From: Candidatus Saccharimonadota bacterium
Lineage (GTDB): Bacteria; Patescibacteriota; Gracilibacteria; UBA1369; 2-02-FULL-48-14
Assembly (NCBI GenBank): GCA_041661045.1
Contig: JBAZVE010000001.1
Span: 570,001-602,000, forward strand
Length of the DNA: 32,000 bases
Direction of reading: 5' to 3'
How positions within the stretch are numbered: the stretch's first letter is position 1; each line of letters begins with the position of its first letter. This document shows positions 1 to 8,153 of the stretch, in pieces. The position numbers and the translations under genes were made by a program. The notes below the pieces were generated by a model, which worked only from the letters and a program-made list of their open reading frames with translations, searched no databases and was not told the origin of the DNA.

Positions 1-33
1 TTCTTAAAAAGAAAAGTTAAAACCGCGCCAATA

Positions 34-897
34 ATGGAGAAGGATGTGGCGGATATTATGAAGGAAATCGGTACGCTGAAAGACTTTAAAAAAATGAGTG
101 AGGAAGAGGAAGATTTGGATGAAAATGAGGAGGTGAAAAGCTCCGGTGAGAAAAAACTTTATAGAGATCCCGATGATTCCACTATTGCCGGAGTGTGCAG
201 TGGGCTGGCTGCTTATTTTGGGATTGAAACGGTGCTCATGAGGCTGATTTTTGTCGTCACTATTTTCTTTGGCGGATTTGGAATTCTTATTTATTTAGTG
301 CTTTGGGCTGTTATGCCGGTGGCGGAGAGCACGGCGCAAAAAATGGAAATGCGTGGAGAGCGCCTCACTTTGCATGAAATTGAAAAGTCTGTGAAACGAG
401 AAGTGGAGATGCTTAAAAAAAAAGACTTAAGTGGCGTAAAAAAAGCAGGCAGTGAGCTTAAAGTTTTTCTTGAACAAGTCTTTGGTGGGAGTGGGAAGTT
501 TTTGCAAAGCTTTGGGGCCTTTTTGCAAAGACTCATTGGTCTTTTGTTTATCCTGATTGGAGTTGCGGGTGTTTGCAGCCTCAGTTTTGGACTTACCTGG
601 CAACTTTCCGGAGGCATGATTCCTCAAACGGGCCTGACGGTCCATGATTTTCTTGCGGTTGAGGGGGTCTTGTATTGGATTTTCCTCGCGGCAACTTATG
701 TGGTGACACTGGTGCCCATGCTGTTCTTTTTCTTGGGGGGGCTGAGCTTGGTGAGGAATAAAAACTTGATTTCGATGAATCTGTTCATCTTCCTTTTGTT
801 GCTCTTTTTTGTGGCCAGTGGAATCAGCGGGAGCGTGATCACTCAAAACTATCCTCTTATTCAACAAAGAGTTCAGGAGTTGGAGGCACGATATTAG
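34..897 (+). CDS. PspC domain-containing membrane protein
   Basis: 287 aa ORF with ATG at 34. Contains the PspC-domain signature STIAGVCSGLAAYFGIETVLMRLIFVVTIFFGGFGILIYLVLWAVMP, followed by several hydrophobic helices. The acidic N-terminus is predicted cytoplasmic. Confidence 0.8.
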   Translation: MEKDVADIMKEIGTLKDFKKMSEEEEDLDENEEVKSSGEKKLYRDPDDSTIAGVCSGLAAYFGIETVLMRLIFVVTIFFGGFGILIYLVLWAVMPVAESTAQKMEMRGERLTLHEIEKSVKREVEMLKKKDLSGVKKAGSELKVFLEQVFGGSGKFLQSFGAFLQRLIGLLFILIGVAGVCSLSFGLTWQLSGGMIPQTGLTVHDFLAVEGVLYWIFLAATYVVTLVPMLFFFLGGLSLVRNKNLISMNLFIFLLLLFFVASGISGSVITQNYPLIQQRVQELEARY

Positions 898-960
898 TTA
901 CGCCGCAGGTTTTTTGTGCTATGCTCCCTGCGCGCTCTGCGAGAAAAACTTAATTTAAAA

Positions 961-2043
961 ATGAAAAAAATTGAATTCCAGATCGATTCGATTCAGCCCA
1001 TTGGGGCTAATGTGGTGCATATAAAACTGGTTCCTAGAAATCCTGCTCAAAGAATTTTCTATCGGCCGGGTCAGTATGGCCTCATCTCTTTTTTTAATGG
1101 AGATTCGGTGTCTAAAGAAAGGCCGTTTTCTTTTTTAAGTTCACCTCTTGAGGATGGAACCCTAGAGTTTGGCTTCAAGGTTTTTGGAGAATTTACATCG
1201 CAATTTGCAGATCTAAAGAAGGGGGACCGCGTTTTTGTGCGTGGGCCCTTTGGATCCTTCACTTTTGATGAGAACAAATACAGTGACACCCTGTTTCTCA
1301 GTGCGGGGATTGGCATCACTCCCTTCGTCAGTATTTTCCGCTATGCAAGCGCGAAAAAACTCCCTAACAAATTGCGACTTCTCTACAGCAATAAGGCCAG
1401 CAAAGAGACGCCATTCTATGCTGAGCTCAAAGCTCTTGAAGCCACAAATCCCAATTTGAAAACTGATTTTTATGTTACCAGCAAAGATGAAATCGCTCCT
1501 CAAGGATTTACCGCTGGACGGATCAACCAAGAGGAAATTACGAAAGCCATCAGTGGCGATATTTCTGGAAAGACATTTTTCATTTGTGGGCCGCAGCTGT
1601 TTCACGATTCAATGGTGGATATTTTGAGGGCAATGGGAGTGAAAGAACGGAACATTAAAACGGAAGGATTCACGCTTTCACCGCGGTCTTTTTTTGAACG
1701 AGGGACTTGGGCCTTTCCAATGGTGGCGGGAGCTTCTGCCGTTGTAATACTGGCGAGCCTGTATGCGGTTTATGATTATGAGACAGAAAAGCAACTGGCC
1801 TACCAAGAGACCCAGGCTTTGACTCAGATGCAAATTGAAGAAATGACTTCGATGAATGAAGAAATCATAGAGAATAAAAATGCTTTGCTGACTGAACAAA
1901 AAGCGAATACTCGAACTATTTACACGACCACCACTCAAACAACTCCTTCCGTGATAGAGCCCACCACTCCTCCGGTTACAACCCCGACCACACCGCCCGC
2001 CACACCTCCAGTCACGGTTCCTCCTCGAACGACTGTTTCTTAA
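961..2043 (+). CDS. FNR-like FAD/NAD(P)H-binding oxidoreductase with C-terminal membrane anchor and Thr/Pro-rich tail
   Basis: Ferredoxin-reductase-type motifs are present: RPFSF (RxYS-type FAD site), GPFGSF, SAGIGITPF (NAD(P)H GxGxxP), FFICGP. One TM helix (WAFPMVAGASAVVILASLYAVY) is followed by a TTTTQTTPSVIEPTTPPVTTPTTPPATPPVTVPP tail (nt 1921-2040). The ORF track starts at GTG 916; ATG 961 (MKKIEF) is preferred. Confidence 0.75.
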   Translation: MKKIEFQIDSIQPIGANVVHIKLVPRNPAQRIFYRPGQYGLISFFNGDSVSKERPFSFLSSPLEDGTLEFGFKVFGEFTSQFADLKKGDRVFVRGPFGSFTFDENKYSDTLFLSAGIGITPFVSIFRYASAKKLPNKLRLLYSNKASKETPFYAELKALEATNPNLKTDFYVTSKDEIAPQGFTAGRINQEEITKAISGDISGKTFFICGPQLFHDSMVDILRAMGVKERNIKTEGFTLSPRSFFERGTWAFPMVAGASAVVILASLYAVYDYETEKQLAYQETQALTQMQIEEMTSMNEEIIENKNALLTEQKANTRTIYTTTTQTTPSVIEPTTPPVTTPTTPPATPPVTVPPRTTVS

Positions 2044-2052
2044 TCCAATTTT

Positions 2053-2340
2053 ATGAAAAAAACTTTATGCTTACTTTTGATTTTTTTGCTCACGCTTACG
2101 GGTGGTGTTTTTGTTTCGCAAAATGTGAGTGCTGAAGATGATGAGGACGAAGATGAGTATGAAGAGGAAGAGGAGGAAGATGAAGACGAGGAAGAAGGGG
2201 AGGATGAGCAAGTTCAAGTTGAAGAAACCGTCCCCACTCAAACCACGATCATCAAACAAGTTATTATTCCGGATATTGTTGTCACCGATGACAATGAAAA
2301 TGGAATTGTTGATGCGGTGGAAGAGCTCTTTTATCAGTAA
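2053..2340 (+). CDS. small secreted poly-acidic protein with EF-hand-like Ca-binding loop
   Basis: 95 aa. Signal-peptide-like N-terminus (MKKTLCLLLIFLLTLTGGVFVSQNVSA), a ~40-residue D/E tract, and a C-terminal DDNENGIVDAVE that fits the 12-residue DxNxNGxxDxxE loop. Sits tightly between flanking genes. Confidence 0.6.
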   Translation: MKKTLCLLLIFLLTLTGGVFVSQNVSAEDDEDEDEYEEEEEEDEDEEEGEDEQVQVEETVPTQTTIIKQVIIPDIVVTDDNENGIVDAVEELFYQ

Positions 2341-2344
2341 AAAA

Positions 2345-3244
2345 ATGTTTCGCACACATTCATTCAAGGCTTTCGATACCACAGTTGTGTTAGGGTTTAG
2401 TGCCGACGAAAGCGAAGCGCAAAAACTCATTCACTATTGTGAAAAAGAGGCGGAAAAGTTTGAGGCAAAGTTCAGTCGTTTTATCCCAACAAGTGAAGTG
2501 AGTCAGTTGAACACTGCCATGGGTGCAGAGCTTGAAGTGAGTGATGAAATGATCGAACTTGTCACTCAAGCAAAAAAAGCTTATGAACTGAGCAAGGGTC
2601 TCTTTGATCCCACGATTTTAAACGCCCTCAAGTTGATTGGTTACAATAAAAGTTTTAGTGTGGAGCCCGATGATAGCTCGGACGGCGAGCAAGATTTCAA
2701 TGAAAGGCCTCGACTGGAATCGCTGAAAATTGGCAAGAATACCTTGCAAGCCCCTGAAGGTTTTTGCCTTGATTTGGGCGGCATCGCAAAGGGCTATTGG
2801 GTCGATAAGATGGCAAAAGTCTTGGCGAAGTCCCATCAAAACTTTTGGATATCTGCAGGGGGGGACATGTATATGAAGGGGAAACAGGAGGATGGCAATC
2901 TTTGGGAAATAGGTGTACAAAATCCTAGGAGCTTGGAAGAAGATTTGCTCCGCTTGAAAATTCGGGAAGAAGGTCAGGGTATCGCCACTTCCGGTATCGC
3001 GAAAAGGCAGGGAATAAGAAACGGAATACCTTGGCATCACCTCATAGATCCGAGAACTGGTTTACCGACTCAAAACTCCATTCTGGCGGTTACTGTTCTC
3101 GCAAACTCCACCATGCAGGCGGATGTGATGGCGAAAGTCGTTCTTGTCCTGGGCGTTGAAAAGGGAATGGAATACTTGGCTGCGGACCCGAGCATAAAAG
3201 GTTTGATCATCGATCAGAATTTAAACATTCACTCCACATTATGA
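2345..3244 (+). CDS. apbE: ApbE-family FAD:protein FMN transferase
   Basis: Family motifs FDTTVVLGF, LGGIAKGYWVD and HHLIDPRTGLP are present. Start placed at ATG 2345 (MFRTHSF), because the upstream part of ORF 2129..3244 is a K/R-rich out-of-frame reading of the acidic-protein gene. The stop overlaps the next start (ATGA). Confidence 0.85.
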   Translation: MFRTHSFKAFDTTVVLGFSADESEAQKLIHYCEKEAEKFEAKFSRFIPTSEVSQLNTAMGAELEVSDEMIELVTQAKKAYELSKGLFDPTILNALKLIGYNKSFSVEPDDSSDGEQDFNERPRLESLKIGKNTLQAPEGFCLDLGGIAKGYWVDKMAKVLAKSHQNFWISAGGDMYMKGKQEDGNLWEIGVQNPRSLEEDLLRLKIREEGQGIATSGIAKRQGIRNGIPWHHLIDPRTGLPTQNSILAVTVLANSTMQADVMAKVVLVLGVEKGMEYLAADPSIKGLIIDQNLNIHSTL

Positions 3245-3972
3245 GCAGTTCACTCTACCAAAATTCATCACCTGTAGATACCGATTTAGACGGCCTCACC
3301 GATCAAGGCGAGCTTATGCTTTTTTTTACGGATCCCAATAATACTGATTCCGATGGGGATGGGTATTGGGATGGGACGGAGGTTTTGTATGAAACAAATC
3401 CTTTAGATGCCAATGATCCTGCTCAGGCGACAACGGAACTTCCGGATCAAGATATTGCATGGTCTTGGGTTCTTGCTCGAGTTTCTGGAATCACCAGTTA
3501 CTTGCTCCTTTTTGTTCTGATGATTTTAGGAGTGGGCATATCTTCGGGTTACATCTTTCGGCTGGTCGGTCCCATTGTTGCATGGCGCATTCACAGGGCA
3601 ACGGGGATCACGCTTATGGCTTTTGTATTCATCCACTTGGTGGCCTTGTTTCTCGATGACTTCATGAACTTTTCGATTCTCGATCTGTTCGTACCTTTTT
3701 ATTCTGAATTCAGCCCCACATACATGAGTTTGGGCATCATTGGTTTTTATCTTTTGGCGATCATCGTGCTGAGTTCCATCTTCATGATCGTCACCAAATA
3801 CAAGGCGTGGCGCTTTTTGCACTACTTAACTTTCCCCGTTTTTGTCGCACTCTTTATTCATGGCGTTTTTCTTGGTTCTGACACAGGCAGTTTAGCAATG
3901 CAAATCACATACTGGGTCACCGGTGTGCTCGTGGCGTTTTCCTTTGCATACCGCGTGGTGAAGGCTTTGTGA
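3241..3972 (+). CDS. ferric-reductase-domain (NOX/MsrQ-like) bis-heme membrane protein with N-terminal DxDxDG Ca-loop repeats
   Basis: 243 aa with about 5 TM helices. There are two histidine pairs in alternate helices: H118-x13-H132 (RIHRATGITLMAFVFIH) and H194-x12-H207 (HYLTFPVFVALFIH). This is the spacing of the heme ligands in NOX/FRE ferric-reductase domains. The N-terminus carries DTDLDGLTDQGE and DSDGDGYWDGTE loops. Confidence 0.7.
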   Translation: MSSSLYQNSSPVDTDLDGLTDQGELMLFFTDPNNTDSDGDGYWDGTEVLYETNPLDANDPAQATTELPDQDIAWSWVLARVSGITSYLLLFVLMILGVGISSGYIFRLVGPIVAWRIHRATGITLMAFVFIHLVALFLDDFMNFSILDLFVPFYSEFSPTYMSLGIIGFYLLAIIVLSSIFMIVTKYKAWRFLHYLTFPVFVALFIHGVFLGSDTGSLAMQITYWVTGVLVAFSFAYRVVKAL

Positions 3973-3981
3973 GGGTGGATT

Positions 3982-5649
3982 CTACGAGTTTTTTAAATGT
4001 TCCGCTTGTCGCTCTGCAGCTATCTGGTCCCTCTCATCTTGAGCAAGATTGCGTACATCGAATACAGGCCAATCTGGATTTTTTTCTGGGTCATCTTCTA
4101 TCTTTGGATCTTTTTGTCGCTGTTCTTGTATGGCAAAAGGATTAGACAATAAAGCGAGTCCTTTGTCCCCCTTTGCCTGATCCGAAAGGAAATGAACGAC
4201 TACACTGGTGATGCTCAAGGTTATTTCTTTGATCTTCTCCTCCATTGAGGCGATTTCCCTCACGAAGTCGGCTTGGCGTCCTATGCCATTTAGATACCTA
4301 TAAGTTCTTTCGAACTGAGCTTTATAATCTTTTACTCGTTCATCCTCCTCCAGTAAGCTTTCGACTTCTTCTTCGATGTGAACCGTCAAAGGGACTCCGG
4401 CATTTCCTTGGCGATTGTTGAACCAGGCTTGGAGGGTCTGGTTTTCTTTCAAAGCTTGGAAGACGATGTCCCGAATGGCGCAGTAGCTTGAACCCATATA
4501 ACCCCGATATTTTTCTCCGGCCGCAGGAAGCGTTAAGGCGCAAGCCTGAAGGAATAGGGGTTTTGGATAGAGGTCGGTTTTCATAAAATCGAGAAAAGCT
4601 TCCAGGGAAGGGAAAATGTCTCTTGCATCTATACCCTTCTTTAGTCGTTCAGTAGGTGCCTCCAGAACCTCTCGAAGTTTCCCCGTTTTTTCGTCTATCT
4701 CAAGGATCAAGCTGTCTTCTGGCGCAGGGGAAAAATGTTCGACGACGAGATTCTCTAGGATCGGGATCTCTGTATCAAAACTAAAAAAACTCACCGGGGA
4801 GTTTTTTCCGATTCGGAGTTCTTGAGCAAGAACCCCATGTTCTCTCAAGAGTCCGAGAAATTGTCGGGCTTGACCGGCATTTTTTAATCCAGCCAACTCT
4901 TCCTGCATGCGTGTTAAAATCAGTTTTTTTGCCTCTCGTATCACCAAATCGTAGTCCTCTCTTGCAATGCTATACTTTACTGTAGGGGTTGAGGGTTCCA
5001 CGTCAGAGTCCTGCCCTCCTTGGCTCTGAGAATATTCAGTATAAGCTGCATGGACTCGTTCGTCCTGCTCTCGAATGAGAGCAGTGAGTCTTTTGGCGGA
5101 GGCATCAACTTCAGGGTCTAAATCATCTCTGGAATAAGCGATTTCTGTTCCAGGAGCTTCAGATTCTGGGAAGAGGAGGGAAAGGTAGACTTCTTGAATG
5201 AATTGAGTGGCCGATAAACCTTGGAACACTTGCTCTACGGCCTGACCTTTACTTAGGGCTGCGAGCATCTTGATTGCGAAGGCTCGCTGAGGCATAGGGG
5301 CAGGGATGTGCATAATGTCTTCCTCTAGCTGGGTATCTCCCAAGCGAGCTCTGTTCAGTCTTTTTTCCTGTGTTTCAAGCATGTCACGCAAATATTTTTC
5401 GACAGCCCTTCGTACTTGTATTACCGCATCCAATCCTTTGGGGAATGCTTCGTCCCGCAGTAATTGGATAAAAGTATCGGACATTCGTTTGAGTACGGTG
5501 GCCATTTTGTCGGCTTCTCCTACTGGGCTTTGACGGATCACATTTGTAGTGCGCTCTTGAAGAATTCGGTCTAATTCAGCTAAATTCGTTTCCAATTCAG
5601 CAAAGAGGCCTGCATTTTCTGGCGAAACATCAAGGGGGGTAGGGGCCAT
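3982..5649 (-). CDS. hypothetical protein (555 aa, acidic, helical, no recognised domain)
   Basis: Long uninterrupted ORF with ATG start and protein-like composition, preceded by a good sigma70-like promoter. No motif recognised. Confidence 0.7.
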   Translation of the reverse strand: MAPTPLDVSPENAGLFAELETNLAELDRILQERTTNVIRQSPVGEADKMATVLKRMSDTFIQLLRDEAFPKGLDAVIQVRRAVEKYLRDMLETQEKRLNRARLGDTQLEEDIMHIPAPMPQRAFAIKMLAALSKGQAVEQVFQGLSATQFIQEVYLSLLFPESEAPGTEIAYSRDDLDPEVDASAKRLTALIREQDERVHAAYTEYSQSQGGQDSDVEPSTPTVKYSIAREDYDLVIREAKKLILTRMQEELAGLKNAGQARQFLGLLREHGVLAQELRIGKNSPVSFFSFDTEIPILENLVVEHFSPAPEDSLILEIDEKTGKLREVLEAPTERLKKGIDARDIFPSLEAFLDFMKTDLYPKPLFLQACALTLPAAGEKYRGYMGSSYCAIRDIVFQALKENQTLQAWFNNRQGNAGVPLTVHIEEEVESLLEEDERVKDYKAQFERTYRYLNGIGRQADFVREIASMEEKIKEITLSITSVVVHFLSDQAKGDKGLALLSNPFAIQEQRQKDPKIEDDPEKNPDWPVFDVRNLAQDERDQIAAERQAEHLKNS

Positions 5650-5671
5650 TTTATTTTAAATAAGTAGATTT

Positions 5672-5700
5672 ATTTTAAAACAAATCTCATATTTAGTCAA
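5672..5700 (-). promoter_or_regulatory. sigma70-like promoter for the 555 aa gene
   Basis: Minus strand reads TTGACT (5700-5695), a 17 nt spacer, then TAAAAT (5677-5672), about 22 nt upstream of ATG 5649. The intergenic region is AT-rich. Confidence 0.45.
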
Positions 5701-5730
5701 TAGCGTTGGACTCTCTTGTAAGTTGCTTCC

Positions 5731-7101
5731 TTACAAACCCCGTAAGAAGTCCCACATTTCGGAGCCGGCTTCTTTGGGCCAAGTGTGGGGGTAGTATTCG
5801 CCGGAGTATTCGTCGTAATCGATGGTGTGTGGACACCAGAGAGTGGGGGCGTCTTCCAAGCAGTTTTGGTATTCCACGCAGTTTCCCCAGGTGGGTTCCA
5901 CGGGGGTGCTTGCCGCCGAACATTGGTTTTGGGCCAGGTAATCGTCGCGCGCGGTTTCGCCGGTGGAAAAAGGGGCTAAGTTGTCGGCGGGATTGTGCCA
6001 CTGCATCACGGCCACAGGGCCGCTGCAAGTTCCGGTGCTGCGCGCGCCGCCCAAAGTAACGACTCCGCGCAAAACATCCCCGCGCGCGCAAGCCAGGCTG
6101 TTGGTGAACCAGGCGCCCAGGGAGTGTCCCGCCGCATAGACTTCATCTGTGTTCACGCAATAAGTGCTGGTGAGCTCCTCATACATAAGATCAAAAAACT
6201 CAAAATCCCTCAGCTCATCCGCGCTGTCTCCGGAATCGGACCAAGTGAAACTGGAGCCGTTGCTGAGTCCCGCGGGGTAGACAAAAATAGCCTCGCCTTC
6301 GCCCGCTTTTTCCAAGCGGTAATAACTTCTTACTTGTGTGTTTGGGTTCGTTCGTCCGTGAAAAGCAAAGAGGAGAGGCAGGGGCTCGTCTTTGTTGTAA
6401 TTTTCCGGAATCACCACAATGGCAGACCGTTCCACTCCGTTTACCGTGAAGGAAGTGGGGGCCTCCGCCGGTGGAGTGCTTCCGCAGCCCGCGGAGCCAG
6501 CACTGCGTTCGGTGGACACCTCTTGTACCCCGCTAAAAATCCGGAGCATCTGGTGAATGGTGAAGGCCATTTCATCCCGCTGTGCTGATTGATCGGGGAA
6601 ATAACTGTATTTGGAAAAAATATTATTGTTGTGGACAAAGTCTATGTAAGGTTCAAACCAATCTTCGCCCTCTTCCGCTTCTTCGTGCATCAAGCCAAAG
6701 GCCTCAATTGCGATTTTAAAAGCCTCCACCGCATTCACTTCTTGTTCGGGGTGGTACAAGCCGTCCGGATAACCCTGTACAATTCCGAGTTCCTTGGCCC
6801 TGCAAACAAAAGGTGCAAACCATTCTTCCTGAACATCCGGGAAACAGCCGCCGGGGCCCTCGGAGGCATCCTCATCGAGCGCCGCAAAAACAATCTTTAA
6901 GAGTTCCGCTCGGTTGATGCTTGCTTCCGGTTTAAAGCTGCCGTCCGGATAGCCCTCGAGAATTCCTTGTTCCTGCAACAACTCGATGCTTTCTTGGTAC
7001 GGGTTTCCTTCAATGTCTGAAAAACTGGCTTCAACTGTGAATGAGAAAGCAAGGCTCAAAAGGAGCACACTGGCCGAGCACTTTAGAAGAAAGGATTTCA
7101 T
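5731..7101 (-). CDS. secreted SLH-domain protein with C-terminal PHB-depolymerase/feruloyl-esterase-family serine esterase
   Basis: Start taken at MKSFLLKCSASVLLLSLAFSF (signal peptide; ATG at 7101). Repeated SLH-like units are present (FSDIEGNPYQESIELLQEQGILEGYPDGSFKPEASINRAELLKIVF; FPDVQEEWFAPFVCRAKELGIVQGYPDGLYHPEQEVNAVEAFKIAI). The esterase part carries FHGRTN and the GHSLG nucleophile elbow. Confidence 0.8.
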   Translation of the reverse strand: MKSFLLKCSASVLLLSLAFSFTVEASFSDIEGNPYQESIELLQEQGILEGYPDGSFKPEASINRAELLKIVFAALDEDASEGPGGCFPDVQEEWFAPFVCRAKELGIVQGYPDGLYHPEQEVNAVEAFKIAIEAFGLMHEEAEEGEDWFEPYIDFVHNNNIFSKYSYFPDQSAQRDEMAFTIHQMLRIFSGVQEVSTERSAGSAGCGSTPPAEAPTSFTVNGVERSAIVVIPENYNKDEPLPLLFAFHGRTNPNTQVRSYYRLEKAGEGEAIFVYPAGLSNGSSFTWSDSGDSADELRDFEFFDLMYEELTSTYCVNTDEVYAAGHSLGAWFTNSLACARGDVLRGVVTLGGARSTGTCSGPVAVMQWHNPADNLAPFSTGETARDDYLAQNQCSAASTPVEPTWGNCVEYQNCLEDAPTLWCPHTIDYDEYSGEYYPHTWPKEAGSEMWDFLRGL

Positions 7102-7163
7102 GTCTTGAGTATACAGCAGTTCAGCTTGTGTTAAAGTGTCCACGATATATAAACTTCCATTCT

Positions 7164-8153
7164 ATGACTATTCAATTGCCTGACGGACCCACGGTACAGC
7201 AGATACTCGAAACGCTTGCAAAAGCCCCGGATGCTTTGGAAAAAGTAAATGGAATACTCAAACGGTCGGGAGAAATTTTGCGTAAAACTCAAGCGTGGAT
7301 CGAACGGCTCATCGCGGTTTTTGGCCACGAGCTGCCCGCGCATCTTTCGGAATTGCACAACAGTTTGTTGGCAAAGGTGCAGGTGTTGAGCGAGCTGCTT
7401 TCCACGCTCAGCAGTCCTCTTCAAACTTATAATGAGAAAGCCCAGGACTTTAATCAGGGACTGGAGCGTGTGCAAAAGCATGAACTGGGCGTTTTATCGA
7501 GTGGGTTGTTGGCGGAAATTCTTGAAAATGAAGAAGAAGTTGAGGCCGTGATGTCTGCCGGGAAAACGGCTGCCGAAAAAATTGAAGAGCAATTCACGGA
7601 GGAACAAAAAGAAGAAATCCGAGCGTTTGCGGAACTTTTGTGGCATGAGCTTTTTCCCGAAACGCATGTGGATCGTTTCACCAAGTGGGCAACCGGGCAA
7701 AAAGATCTGGAGAATTACCAGGAAATCATCTTGGCACCGGCCAATGGTATTGAGGGTGTCCTTTCCGGGGTTTGGGATTTAGCCGCGCATCCCATTCAAA
7801 GTTATGAAGACATGCGCGAGGCGGTGCAACTGGTTTCGGGCATGAGCTATGAGGATTTTTGTTCTTGCGTGAAGGTTTTGAAATTCATGTATCGGGAGAT
7901 GGATAAAAAAGAACTTGTGGCTCCGTCCATCTCTTTTATTGCAGGAACGCTCTTCATTTTTGGTGGTGCCGCCAAAGTCTCTAAACTTCTTGGAGGTAGA
8001 CAGCTTCCGGCTGCCTTGGTGGACCTTACCGGTTCTTTGGGACGAGCCAATAATAAGAGTCAAAGCCTGGCCCGTGCCAAAGATATGCCCACGCAACTTT
8101 TGGAAGAAATTGATGCTCAGGCTATTTTGGAGGATTTACAGGAGGAAGATTAA
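7164..8153 (+). CDS. hypothetical protein (329 aa, helical, C-terminal TM segment)
   Basis: ORF 7041..8153 trimmed to ATG 7164 (MTIQLPDG), which avoids overlap with the divergent gene. Hydrophobic segment LVAPSISFIAGTLFIFGGAAKV lies near the C-terminus. No recognised domain. Confidence 0.6.
   Translation: MTIQLPDGPTVQQILETLAKAPDALEKVNGILKRSGEILRKTQAWIERLIAVFGHELPAHLSELHNSLLAKVQVLSELLSTLSSPLQTYNEKAQDFNQGLERVQKHELGVLSSGLLAEILENEEEVEAVMSAGKTAAEKIEEQFTEEQKEEIRAFAELLWHELFPETHVDRFTKWATGQKDLENYQEIILAPANGIEGVLSGVWDLAAHPIQSYEDMREAVQLVSGMSYEDFCSCVKVLKFMYREMDKKELVAPSISFIAGTLFIFGGAAKVSKLLGGRQLPAALVDLTGSLGRANNKSQSLARAKDMPTQLLEEIDAQAILEDLQEED

Noticed and set aside
2140-2215. GAA/GAT/GAG-rich tract that looks like a tandem DNA repeat
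   Set aside because: It is the coding sequence for the poly-D/E segment of the secreted acidic protein. There is no regular repeat unit beyond codon bias.
2129-2344. 5' extension of the ApbE ORF (K/R-rich 72 aa)
   Set aside because: It is an out-of-frame reading of the GAA/GAT-rich acidic-protein gene. ApbE homology begins only at MFRTHSF (ATG 2345).
5706-6588. Plus-strand ORFs 5706..6059 and 5995..6588 (117 and 197 aa)
   Set aside because: They are antisense shadows in the GC-rich 3' half of the SLH-esterase gene, and their Arg/Ala-rich translations look like noise.
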